From assembly GCA_009925965.1 (NCBI GenBank), contig RFPW01000001.1, forward strand, positions 1-31,206: 31,206 nt of DNA, given 5' to 3'. The notes beneath the pieces are model-generated. The model saw only the letters and a list, made by a program, of their open reading frames with translations, did not search any database and had not been told where the DNA came from. The stretch is from Betaproteobacteria bacterium (GTDB taxonomy: Bacteria > Pseudomonadota > Gammaproteobacteria > Burkholderiales > Burkholderiaceae_E). Shown piece after piece: positions 17,600 to 27,219 of this stretch. Position numbers and translations under genes: made by a program. The first letter of the stretch is position 1. Every line of letters begins with the position of its first letter.

Positions 17600-19051
17600 A
17601 TGGGCATGATTGGAATGGACTTACGGGCCCGTCAACAACTGGCCCTGACACCTCGACTACAGCAGTCTGTCAAACTCCTGCAACTCTCCGCAATGGAGTT
17701 CGAGCAGGCGCTCCAACAGGCCATCGGGACCAACCCGTTTCTCGAAGAAGACGATCCCCATAGCGACTCGGCACCCGGGCTTGACGCTGAAGAATCCGAT
17801 CGTTCAGCGACGCCCCTCGATGCGTCAACCGAGGGCCCTGATGACGCTGTCGAAATGATCCCAAGTGCTGGCGAAGGCCTCGAAGAACGCTTTGATTTCG
17901 ATGTTCAATCCGAGCGCGCCGGCAACGGCCAGGATTCTGAAGACAGTGACTGGACCGAATGGGCGGAAACGACGACCTCGCTGCGCGATCATTTGCAGCA
18001 ACAGCTCTTGACCGTCAGGCTAAATTCGCGGGACCTCGAAATGGCAGGCCTAATTATTGAGGCGCTCGACGAAGATGGTTACCTGCGGCAGACCCTTGAG
18101 GAACTCGCTGAGGTCTCCACACTCATTCCTCAAACTGAGCCCGAGGAGTTCCTCACGCCCCTCAAGCTGATCCAGAATATGGATCCAGTGGGGGTCGGTG
18201 CCAGAGATCTTTCCGAGTGTCTGGCAATACAACTTCGTGAGCAACCCCCCAGCCCAGAGCGCGAAATCGCACTCGCAATCGTTCTTCACCACTTGGGCGC
18301 ACTTGCCCGTCGTGAATTCGCCCGCCTCCAACATGCCGTCGGCTGCAATGAGACCGCTTTGCGTTCGGCCCACGCGAAGATTCGTCGCTTGAACCCACGC
18401 CCCGGTGCCGCTTTTTCCAAAGCCGATGCCCGCTATGTGGTGCCCGATGTCATCGTCAGGCGTCATCGTCAGCAATGGGTGGCGACTATTAATCCAGCGG
18501 TTCTCCCGACCATCCGCGTCAACCGGCGCTATGCGGAAATTTTCCGGCGGGCCCGCGACGCCAGTCACGCACAGCTCGGGCAGCAGCTTCAGGAGGCTCG
18601 ATGGCTAGTGCGCAATACCGAGCAACGATTTGCCACGATTCTTCGAGTCGCCGAAACCATCGTCGCTCGCCAAAAGAATTTCTTCGATTACGGCGACGTT
18701 GCCATGAAGCCACTCGGACTGCGTCACATTGCGATCGAGCTCGACCTCCACGAATCAACGATCTCCCGGGCTACCGGCAACAAATACATGTCGACCCCCC
18801 GAGGCATGTTTGAGTTCCGCCATTTCTTCTCGCGTGAACTTGATACCGATACCGGTGGGACCTGCTCCGCCACCGCAATTCGGGCACTTCTGCGCGAAAT
18901 GATTACCGCTGAAGATCACGCAGCGCCATTATCGGACGTCCGTCTGGCTGACCAGCTTGCGTCGCAGGGCATCAAGGTCGCCCGTCGAACTGTCACGAAG
19001 TACCGCCGTCTAATGCAGGTCCCACCCGTTGAGCTAAGGCGCCTGAATTGA
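17600..19051 (+). CDS. rpoN: RNA polymerase sigma54 factor (probable paralogue, RpoN2-like)
   Basis: Region I QQLALTPRLQQSVKLLQLS...NPFLE; LIQNMDPVGVGARDLSECL; MKPL.LRHIA.EL.LHESTISRA.GNKYM.TPRG; RpoN box variant ARRTVTKYR; GGAGA RBS. Confidence 0.96.
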   Translation: MGMIGMDLRARQQLALTPRLQQSVKLLQLSAMEFEQALQQAIGTNPFLEEDDPHSDSAPGLDAEESDRSATPLDASTEGPDDAVEMIPSAGEGLEERFDFDVQSERAGNGQDSEDSDWTEWAETTTSLRDHLQQQLLTVRLNSRDLEMAGLIIEALDEDGYLRQTLEELAEVSTLIPQTEPEEFLTPLKLIQNMDPVGVGARDLSECLAIQLREQPPSPEREIALAIVLHHLGALARREFARLQHAVGCNETALRSAHAKIRRLNPRPGAAFSKADARYVVPDVIVRRHRQQWVATINPAVLPTIRVNRRYAEIFRRARDASHAQLGQQLQEARWLVRNTEQRFATILRVAETIVARQKNFFDYGDVAMKPLGLRHIAIELDLHESTISRATGNKYMSTPRGMFEFRHFFSRELDTDTGGTCSATAIRALLREMITAEDHAAPLSDVRLADQLASQGIKVARRTVTKYRRLMQVPPVELRRLN

Positions 19052-19768
19052 GCGCCGTCGAAACGACTCATAAAGGACGATTCCCGATGCAACCGCCACA
19101 TTGAGACTCTCAATTTGACCAGCCATCGGGATCGATACCACCTCATCACATCGATCGCGTACCAGTCGCCGGAGCCCCGATCCCTCGGCGCCCAACACCC
19201 ATGCGGTTGCGGGCGTCAATTCCACCTCCCACAAATTCACTTCAGACTGATCGGCCGTTCCAATCACACGAATATCCCGCTCCTGAAGTTCGACGACCGT
19301 CCTTGCCAGGTTGGTAACCATGACATAAGGGACGTTCTCTGCGGCACCCGCTGCGGTACGCACAGCCACATCCGTTAGCGAGCAGGCTCTGTCTTTGGGT
19401 GCGATGACGGCATGAGCGCCCGCCCCATCCGCTACTCTCAGGCACGCGCCGAGATTGCGGGGATCGGTAACGCCATCCAACAGCAGAAGCAGGGGTGGAC
19501 CCTGCAATCCATCAAGCAACGCGTCGAGGTCAGTGATCGGTTCGGGCGCACTGGCCATGGCAACTACGCCCTGATGTCGCCCGTCGGGGCACAGGGCGTC
19601 AAGCCTCGCAGCCGGTACCGGGCGAGCGACCACCCCGACAGAGGCGGCCAGCGTAATGAGATCGCGGATTCGCCCGTCGTCTCGACGAGCGTCCACATAG
19701 AGTTCGCTCACGCCGCCCGGATCCCGCCGCAATCGCGAGCCGACCGAATGAAATCCGTAAATCAGCAT
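19034..19768 (-). CDS. rlmB: 23S rRNA (Gm2251) 2'-O-methyltransferase
   Basis: IYGFHSV, HQGVVA, LLLDGVTDPRNLGACLRVA, VLGAEG.GLR, IPMAGQIESLNVAVA (SpoU motifs); downstream of rnr. Confidence 0.95.
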   Translation of the reverse strand: MLIYGFHSVGSRLRRDPGGVSELYVDARRDDGRIRDLITLAASVGVVARPVPAARLDALCPDGRHQGVVAMASAPEPITDLDALLDGLQGPPLLLLLDGVTDPRNLGACLRVADGAGAHAVIAPKDRACSLTDVAVRTAAGAAENVPYVMVTNLARTVVELQERDIRVIGTADQSEVNLWEVELTPATAWVLGAEGSGLRRLVRDRCDEVVSIPMAGQIESLNVAVASGIVLYESFRRRSIQAP

Positions 19769-19804
19769 CCGTGCTTGATCATATGAAAGGAAAAACGGCG
19801 CTAG

Positions 19805-22363
19805 TCACTTTGCCCTGCGCGCGTTTCGCCGCGCCTTGCGCTCACCCGAGGCGGCCACCCGTCGCTCAGCCTGAACCTTCGCAACCGCCGCCGGCTTTCC
19901 CTTGACCCGCTTGACCGCGCTCTTGGCGACGCGCTCTGGCGCAACATCCGGCGGCTTCGCGACGCCCTCACGCGCGGAACGGGGCATCGCGCCCTCAATG
20001 ACTGAGCGGACAGTCTCGCGTTTGGGGACCAATCGAAATTCAATCCGGCGAGCTTCAAGATCAACCCTTGCGACCTGGACCTCGATTGGATCCGTCAGCC
20101 GATAGCGCACGCCCGTTCGCTCACCGCGGAGTTCGTGCGAAGTTTCGCTATATTGGAAATAATCAGTCCCAAGTTCCGAAACGTGAACCAAGCCCTCGAC
20201 ATACATCGAATCGAGGGTTACAAAAACACCAAAGGTTGCAACTCCCGTAATGCGTCCAGAAAACTGCTCGCCGACGTGATTGCGCATGTACTGGCTCTTG
20301 AGCCACGCCTCAACATCTCTCGAAGCGTCATCGGCGCGGCGCTCGTTCGCTGAACAAATTAAGCCAAGCCGTTGCCAGCGATCGGTAACGGCTGGCCGAT
20401 CGGGACGCGCGGAACTTCCGGGCGCGTCCAATGCGACGGCCTCCCGCTTGGCTTTCGTCGCGTTTTCGGCACTTCGGCGTCCGCGCGACAGAGGGAGTAA
20501 GGAATCGCTGTCTTGTGCAATGAAGGGTTCATGGCGCTCCCCGCGAATCAGCGCTTTGATCGCGCGGTGCGTCACCAGATCGGGATAGCGCCGGATCGGG
20601 GATGTGAAATGAGCATAGGCAGCATAGGCCAGGCCAAAGTGCCCAGCGTTATCAGGCGAATAAATCGCCTGCTGCATTGATCGCAACAACATGGTCTGCA
20701 GGAGAGACGCGTCCGGGCGGTCTCGGATCTTCTCGGTCAGGCGCGCGTAATCACCTGGCTCTGGCTCGCCGGATACACCCAGTGACAATCCGAGATTTCG
20801 CAGAAATTCGCGCAGGGTGGCCAGCTTCTCGGGCGTCGGGCCCTCGTGGACCCGATAGAGACAGGGGTGTTTGCCGCGATGAACAAAATCTGCGGCACTC
20901 ACGTTCGCGGCCAGCATGCACTCTTCGATGAGCTTATGGGCGTCGTTGCGGGTACGGGGCACGATCTTTTCGATCCGACCTGCTGAGTCGACCACAATTT
21001 TGGTCTCAACCGTATCGAAATCAATTGCCCCGCGACCAACCCGCGCTTTCGAGAGGACTCGATACAACGCATAGAGATTGTTGAGATGGGGTACCAGTTC
21101 AGCCCGGCGACGGCTGGCCTGAGCATCTCGGCCTGACAGAATATTCCAGACCTCATCGTAGGTAAGTCGCGCGGCGGAGAGCATGACCGCTTCATAGAAC
21201 TGATAGCCGCGGCAGACCCCCTCCTCGTCGATGACCATGTCACAGACCAACACGAGGCGTTCGACCTGCGGATTGATCGAGCAAAGGCCGTTGGAGAGTT
21301 TCTCCGGCAGCATCGGAATAACCCGACGGGGAAAATAAACCGAGGTGGAGCGGGACAACGCCTCACGGTCAAGCGCATCACCAGGTCGCACATAGTGCGA
21401 GACGTCGGCGATTGCCACCAGCAATCGCCAACCGGGCTTGCGCCGAGTCTTCCCTGCGCCGATCTCGCAGGGTTCGCAGTAGACGGCATCATCGAAATCG
21501 CGAGCATCTTCGCCGTCGATTGTCACAAGGGGGACGTCACGCAGATCGACTCGATCACGAAGGTCGGCTGGGCGAACCGAATCTGGAAGGCTCTCAGCTA
21601 GCGCCAACACGTCGGTGGGGAATTGATGCGGCACATCGAACTTGCGCACCGCGATTTCGATTTCCATTCCGGGGTCGTCGATTTCGCCGAGCACTTCGAC
21701 AATCCGCCCGATGGGCTGGGTATATCCCGAGGGCTGCTCAAGAATTTCGACTGTGACCACCTGCCCTGGTTGGGCGGCGGTCGGCTCACCTGGCGGAATC
21801 AGAATGTCGTGCTTGATCCGTTGGTCTTCAGGTACGACAACGGTAATACCGCGCTCGGAAAGCAGGCGGCCAACCAGACGTCGGTTTGCCCGCTCCGTGA
21901 CCTCAACAATGGTGCCCTCGGGCTTGCCACGCCGATCGAACCCAGTGCGTTTGACCAACACTCGATCGCCGTGCATCGCTTTCTGCATCTCGCGAGGGGT
22001 CAAAAAGATATCAGGACCACCGTCGTCGGGAATCAAGAAGCCAAAGCCATCCCGATGTCCCGAAACCCTGCCAGGTACAAAGTCCAGCTTGCTGGCAAGC
22101 AAAAGGACGCCTTTGCGATTCGGCAACAGTTGCCCGTCACGTTCCATCGCAGCTAACCGTTTGCCGAGGACGTCGAGCGCAACCTCGGAGACGGAAAGCC
22201 GCTCACCCAGCTCTTGTGCGGTCAAAGGGGTATCCGCTTCGCGCAGGCAGGCAAGAATCGCTTCGCGGGTCGGGACCGAGGATGGCATCACTGCCGACGG
22301 TGGCGATGCGCGGCGACTGGAGATGGGGCGGTTTGACAAAGGCGTTCCAGACCGTAAACTCAT
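19805..22363 (-). CDS. rnr: Ribonuclease R
   Basis: GHRDGFGFL cold-shock domain, TIDGEDARDFDDAV catalytic motif, HFTSPIRRYPDL, C-terminal S1 domain and basic tail. True start uncertain (TTG 22339 or ATG 22288 are plausible). Confidence 0.96.
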   Translation of the reverse strand: MSLRSGTPLSNRPISSRRASPPSAVMPSSVPTREAILACLREADTPLTAQELGERLSVSEVALDVLGKRLAAMERDGQLLPNRKGVLLLASKLDFVPGRVSGHRDGFGFLIPDDGGPDIFLTPREMQKAMHGDRVLVKRTGFDRRGKPEGTIVEVTERANRRLVGRLLSERGITVVVPEDQRIKHDILIPPGEPTAAQPGQVVTVEILEQPSGYTQPIGRIVEVLGEIDDPGMEIEIAVRKFDVPHQFPTDVLALAESLPDSVRPADLRDRVDLRDVPLVTIDGEDARDFDDAVYCEPCEIGAGKTRRKPGWRLLVAIADVSHYVRPGDALDREALSRSTSVYFPRRVIPMLPEKLSNGLCSINPQVERLVLVCDMVIDEEGVCRGYQFYEAVMLSAARLTYDEVWNILSGRDAQASRRRAELVPHLNNLYALYRVLSKARVGRGAIDFDTVETKIVVDSAGRIEKIVPRTRNDAHKLIEECMLAANVSAADFVHRGKHPCLYRVHEGPTPEKLATLREFLRNLGLSLGVSGEPEPGDYARLTEKIRDRPDASLLQTMLLRSMQQAIYSPDNAGHFGLAYAAYAHFTSPIRRYPDLVTHRAIKALIRGERHEPFIAQDSDSLLPLSRGRRSAENATKAKREAVALDAPGSSARPDRPAVTDRWQRLGLICSANERRADDASRDVEAWLKSQYMRNHVGEQFSGRITGVATFGVFVTLDSMYVEGLVHVSELGTDYFQYSETSHELRGERTGVRYRLTDPIEVQVARVDLEARRIEFRLVPKRETVRSVIEGAMPRSAREGVAKPPDVAPERVAKSAVKRVKGKPAAVAKVQAERRVAASGERKARRNARRAK

Positions 22364-22440
22364 GGGCTTGGCGCGATGATTTGAATCTCGCGGACGTCCC
22401 TAGGATAGCCGACTTAGGTTGCAATTCTAGTTACGTCATT

Positions 22441-22526
<86 letters not shown>

Positions 22527-22720
22527 AGAAAGCCTTCGAACCGTGGGGGCTCAAACCCGTGATGATCTCAGGCGCACGACTTTGACGCGCGAGGTGCAAA
22601 ACTCAGTCGCTGGCCGCACTGCATCGCTTGAATTCACGGCGATTATCATCGGGACTACTCCGCTTTTGTGATCAAACGGTTATTCAGCCACCGGATTGAT
22701 TTCAACAAAAAACCGAAAGA

Positions 22721-23083
22721 ATGAGAGAACGAATAACCATTTTTTTTCGCCGACTCCTGGACGTCATGCCTGCCTGCCTGATGGTAATGACGCAAGGCAA
22801 CTTCGCTGCGATCACGTTGGTCCATTGGGAGAAGGCATTAGGCACTGGCACCATGGCAGGTGCGGTCTTGGTGCTCTTGTCGTTCTATGAACAAAAGAAG
22901 TGGCTACACAATCAATATGTCACCGCTGCACTGACGGGACTGGCAACTGCGATTGTGGATGGAATCTCGCATCCAGCTAGTTTCAAAGGTGAAGCCATCC
23001 TGACCGGGATTGCAGCCGCAGGGTTATGCCTGTTGTTCTCGATCGCCTTTAAGCGCCTTGAAACGAGCACAAATTCAAAATGA
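22721..23083 (+). CDS. Small hypothetical integral membrane protein (120 aa, about 4 hydrophobic segments)
   Basis: Clean ORF with alternating hydrophobic stretches; ATGA overlap with the next gene implies translational coupling. No family recognised. Confidence 0.65.
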   Translation: MRERITIFFRRLLDVMPACLMVMTQGNFAAITLVHWEKALGTGTMAGAVLVLLSFYEQKKWLHNQYVTAALTGLATAIVDGISHPASFKGEAILTGIAAAGLCLLFSIAFKRLETSTNSK

Positions 23084-23661
23084 CACCCGAAGAAACCTTA
23101 GCTCTATGGAATCAGCAGCTGGAAAACGTTCGCGCAACGATGCTTCAAGGCGGAGGAAAACCGGGTGTCGCCTCGCCAGCAGTGGCCGCGGGAATGACGG
23201 GGCTGCAGTTGATGCAAGCCATGCTTGCCGGTCGTCTTCCTTATCCGCACATCGCTGATACGCTGGACTTTTCGCTGGTCGAGGTCGATGTCGGCCGGGC
23301 TGTCTTCCAGGGGATACCGCAGGTCAAGCATTTCAACCCGATGGGCGGCGTGCATGGCGGATGGTATGCAACCTTGCTCGATTCGGCGCTTGGTTGCGCT
23401 GTACACACGATGATGCCCGCCGGGCGCGCGTACACCACAGCAGAGTTGGGCGTGAACATTGTGCGAGCCGCCACCGCACAGACCGGACCATTACGTGCCA
23501 TCGGCAATGTCATCCATTGCGGCCGACAGCTGGCCACGGCCGAGGCACGCATCATCGGACCCGACAACAAGCTCTACGCTCATGCCACAACGACGTGTCT
23601 CGTATTCGAAATACCGACACCCAGGGAAACCAAGACCGAATCAAGATCGGCGCCAGAATAA
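23080..23661 (+). CDS. PaaI-family hotdog-fold thioesterase
   Basis: HFNPMGGVHGGWYATLLDSALGCAV, YTTAELGVNIVRA, G.VIHCGRQLATAEARI..PD.KLYAHATTTCLVF. Confidence 0.9.
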   Translation: MTPEETLALWNQQLENVRATMLQGGGKPGVASPAVAAGMTGLQLMQAMLAGRLPYPHIADTLDFSLVEVDVGRAVFQGIPQVKHFNPMGGVHGGWYATLLDSALGCAVHTMMPAGRAYTTAELGVNIVRAATAQTGPLRAIGNVIHCGRQLATAEARIIGPDNKLYAHATTTCLVFEIPTPRETKTESRSAPE

Positions 23662-24308
23662 TGAGGATGAGGTGTTAAAGCCTCAAACGGCAGGCCTTGG
23701 CGATTGACCCAGTGGGTTGTGAAGCCAAACCAGGTCGCTCCCAGCGCGTCCCAGGCATTACTGGAGACAAAAAGTACTTCGTCCTTGTTGACCGGAACAA
23801 ATTTCTGGACCAAGCCGTAACTTTCGGGAGAAGTCTTAAACAGGCGAATTTCATCGACTGAAATGACGTGGTCGAGATCGCCTGCCATCCCTGCGCTGCG
23901 GACGGCTGAAGCGAGCATATCGGCACTGCCATTTGAGAGGATGGCAGTCGTCAGGCCGAGGCCTTTGATCTTTCTTAGCACGGCCAAATTTTCTGCAAAA
24001 GGCCGGAGATGCTCATATTCCCGCATCAGCATTTCAACCTGCCCGGATTTGCGGTCAAGTTTGAGTCGGTCCAATGTGTATTCGAGGGACAAGCGCGTTA
24101 ACTCCCAGAACGGTCGAAAATATTGACTGCCGAATGGGTTGTGCGGGTCTGACTGTGTAATGAGTCGAGTGTATTCAATCTGTTTGTCGCGCCACTTCAC
24201 CGCGATCTCAACCCCCTTGCCGGGGTAAAAGTTGTCAGCCACTACCTGGATGGAGTACACGTCAAACAATGTTCCGTAGGCATCGAAAACGACCGCCTTG
24301 ATTTTCAC
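23580..24308 (-). CDS. (S)-2-haloacid dehalogenase-like HAD hydrolase (type II)
   Basis: GTG 24308 with GAGAGGG RBS gives MKIKAVVFDAYGTLFDV (nucleophile Asp), WRDKQIEYT, ILSNG, FK.SP..Y, FVSSNAWDALGA. The longer ORF-track N-terminus is antisense shadow of the crotonase. Confidence 0.9.
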   Translation of the reverse strand: MKIKAVVFDAYGTLFDVYSIQVVADNFYPGKGVEIAVKWRDKQIEYTRLITQSDPHNPFGSQYFRPFWELTRLSLEYTLDRLKLDRKSGQVEMLMREYEHLRPFAENLAVLRKIKGLGLTTAILSNGSADMLASAVRSAGMAGDLDHVISVDEIRLFKTSPESYGLVQKFVPVNKDEVLFVSSNAWDALGATWFGFTTHWVNRQGLPFEALTPHPHYSGADLDSVLVSLGVGISNTRHVVVA

Positions 24309-24395
24309 AAAAACCCTCTCGGTGCGAGTTATTAACTGCCCTACATTGCAGCTTACCGTCTGGCGACGGCCGCTCAAAGGCGATACTGTCGGTTG

Positions 24396-24410
24396 GGTGG
24401 CGTCGCCACC
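24396..24410. promoter_or_regulatory. Perfect palindrome in the divergent HAD/crotonase intergenic region
   Basis: GGTGGCG-T-CGCCACC, 18 nt upstream of the crotonase ATG; GC-rich, so it could be chance. Confidence 0.25.
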
Positions 24411-24428
24411 GCGCTCAGGAGTAACGGC

Positions 24429-25328
24429 ATGACCCACGAAACTCTCGACTGCACGCTCGACAGTGGCGTGCTCACCATTACCCTCAACCGGCCCGACAAG
24501 CTCAACGCGTTCAACCGCGCAATGATGGAAGAGCTCATCGCGGCGTTCGACCGCGCCGACGCCGACGATGCCGTGCGGGCGGTGATCGTTACGGGGGCCG
24601 GCAGGGCCTTCTGCGCGGGCGCCGATCTTTCGCAAGGCGCCAAGACCTTTGACTATGCGGCCCGCAACGACCGCCCGGAAGTCGGCCGGGCCGTGGCCGG
24701 CGAGAATGTCGACTGGGGTGACGAATCCGTGCGCGACGGCGGTGGGCGGGTAACTTTACGCATCTTCAACTGCCTGAAACCGGTGATCGCGGCCATCAAC
24801 GGACCGGCGGTGGGCATCGGGGCGACGATGCTGCTGCCGATGGACATCCGCCTGGCTAGCGAGCACGCGCGCATCGGTTTCGTGTTCAACCGGCGCGGCA
24901 TCACGCCCGAGGCCTGCTCAAGCTGGTTTTTGCCGCGCGTTGTAGGCATCAGCCGGGCTCTGGAATGGTCAATGACCGGCCGCATCTTTCCTGCCAGCGA
25001 GGCACTGGAAGGCGGGTTGGTACGTCAGGTCCTACCCGCCTCCGAGCTCCTGCCCGCAGCCCGGGCCCTGGCGGTGGAGATTGCGCAAAATTGCGCGCCT
25101 GTCTCGGTGGCGCTCAACCGCCAGATGATGTGGCGCATGCTGGGTGCGGCGCATCCAATGGAAGCCCATCGGGTCGACAGCCGGGCCATCTTCTCGCGCG
25201 GGGCATCTGCCGACGCCAAAGAAGGCGTGGTGTCATTCCTTGAAAAGCGACCAGCACACTTTGCCAACACCGTTTCGGTCGACATGCCGCCGTGGTTCCC
25301 GTGGTGGCAGGAACCTGGCTACGAGTGA
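24429..25328 (+). CDS. Crotonase-superfamily enoyl-CoA hydratase/isomerase
   Basis: ITLNRPDKLNAF, GAGRAFCAGADL, VIAAINGPAVGIG, GITPEACSSWFLPR, EGVVSFLEKRP; AGGAG RBS before ATG 24429. Only the second catalytic Glu (PE) is present; the first position reads GIGAT. Confidence 0.92.
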   Translation: MTHETLDCTLDSGVLTITLNRPDKLNAFNRAMMEELIAAFDRADADDAVRAVIVTGAGRAFCAGADLSQGAKTFDYAARNDRPEVGRAVAGENVDWGDESVRDGGGRVTLRIFNCLKPVIAAINGPAVGIGATMLLPMDIRLASEHARIGFVFNRRGITPEACSSWFLPRVVGISRALEWSMTGRIFPASEALEGGLVRQVLPASELLPAARALAVEIAQNCAPVSVALNRQMMWRMLGAAHPMEAHRVDSRAIFSRGASADAKEGVVSFLEKRPAHFANTVSVDMPPWFPWWQEPGYE

Positions 25329-25342
25329 ATCAGCGTCTTGCG

Positions 25343-25861
25343 TCAGTTCGACCTGGGCAGATCAGATCTGGGCAGATCCGTCGGTAGCGTACGGTCGTAT
25401 TTTTCGAAAGGCTGATGCACCCAGGGGTCGCCCAGCAACTGCTCCGCGACATAGTCTGGATGAAATTGCGAACTGGCCTTCTGCCACAGGACGGCAGTCC
25501 GTACCTCAGTGAACTGAGGAAACCGGCGCTTGAGTTCCGGCAAGAGCCCTACGAAAGTCGAACCGGTGTCGACCAGATCATCGACCAGCAAGAGACGCGG
25601 ACCCTTTAAGGCCCCAGTCGAGGCAATCTGTTCGCCGATCCGAAGGGCCCCTTGCTCAGTTCCGCCTTGCTCGCGATAAGAACTGGTGAACAAGACGCCA
25701 AGAGGCTTTCGAAAGATCCGCGAGAGCACATCCCCGACGCGCATCCCGCCGCGCGCTAGACAGAGAATCTCATCAAATTCCCAACCCGATCGATGTACCT
25801 GCTCGGCCAGGCGCTCGCACAACAAATCGTAGTCGTGCCATTCACAATAAAGGTGTTCCAT
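25343..25861 (-). CDS. Type I phosphoribosyltransferase (purine-salvage-like)
   Basis: ILCLARGG, PRPP-binding loop LLVDDLVDTGST, WVHQPFE; directly downstream of purA. Confidence 0.88.
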   Translation of the reverse strand: MEHLYCEWHDYDLLCERLAEQVHRSGWEFDEILCLARGGMRVGDVLSRIFRKPLGVLFTSSYREQGGTEQGALRIGEQIASTGALKGPRLLLVDDLVDTGSTFVGLLPELKRRFPQFTEVRTAVLWQKASSQFHPDYVAEQLLGDPWVHQPFEKYDRTLPTDLPRSDLPRSN

Positions 25862-25898
25862 CAGGGTCGAAACAATGAGCGAAAATCAGGGGCAAAAA

Positions 25899-27215
<1,317 letters not shown>

Positions 27216-27219
27216 TTAC

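Larger units (their letters stand above)
22527..25342. other. Four-gene accessory islet between the tRNA-Leu 3' end and the purA-linked phosphoribosyltransferase
   Basis: Mixed orientations and sharp GC contrasts (hand counts: 25/60 at 22861-22920, 27/60 at 23761-23820, 46/60 at 24541-24600). No integrase and no clear att duplication seen. Confidence 0.55.

Noticed and set aside
22620-22660. Possible Fur box (GATGATAATCG on the minus strand) before the islet
   Set aside because: Only a half-site-level match; no iron-related gene downstream.
24309-24635. N-terminal 109 aa of the 351-aa ORF as a domain fused to the HAD
   Set aside because: It is the antisense reading of the crotonase 5' end and the intergenic region; the HAD has its own GTG start and RBS at 24308.
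25346-25360. GTTCGACCTGGGCA as an attR copy of the tRNA-Leu 3' end
   Set aside because: Matches only in two short blocks with a 7-nt gap and is explained by the DLPRS duplication in the PRT tail.
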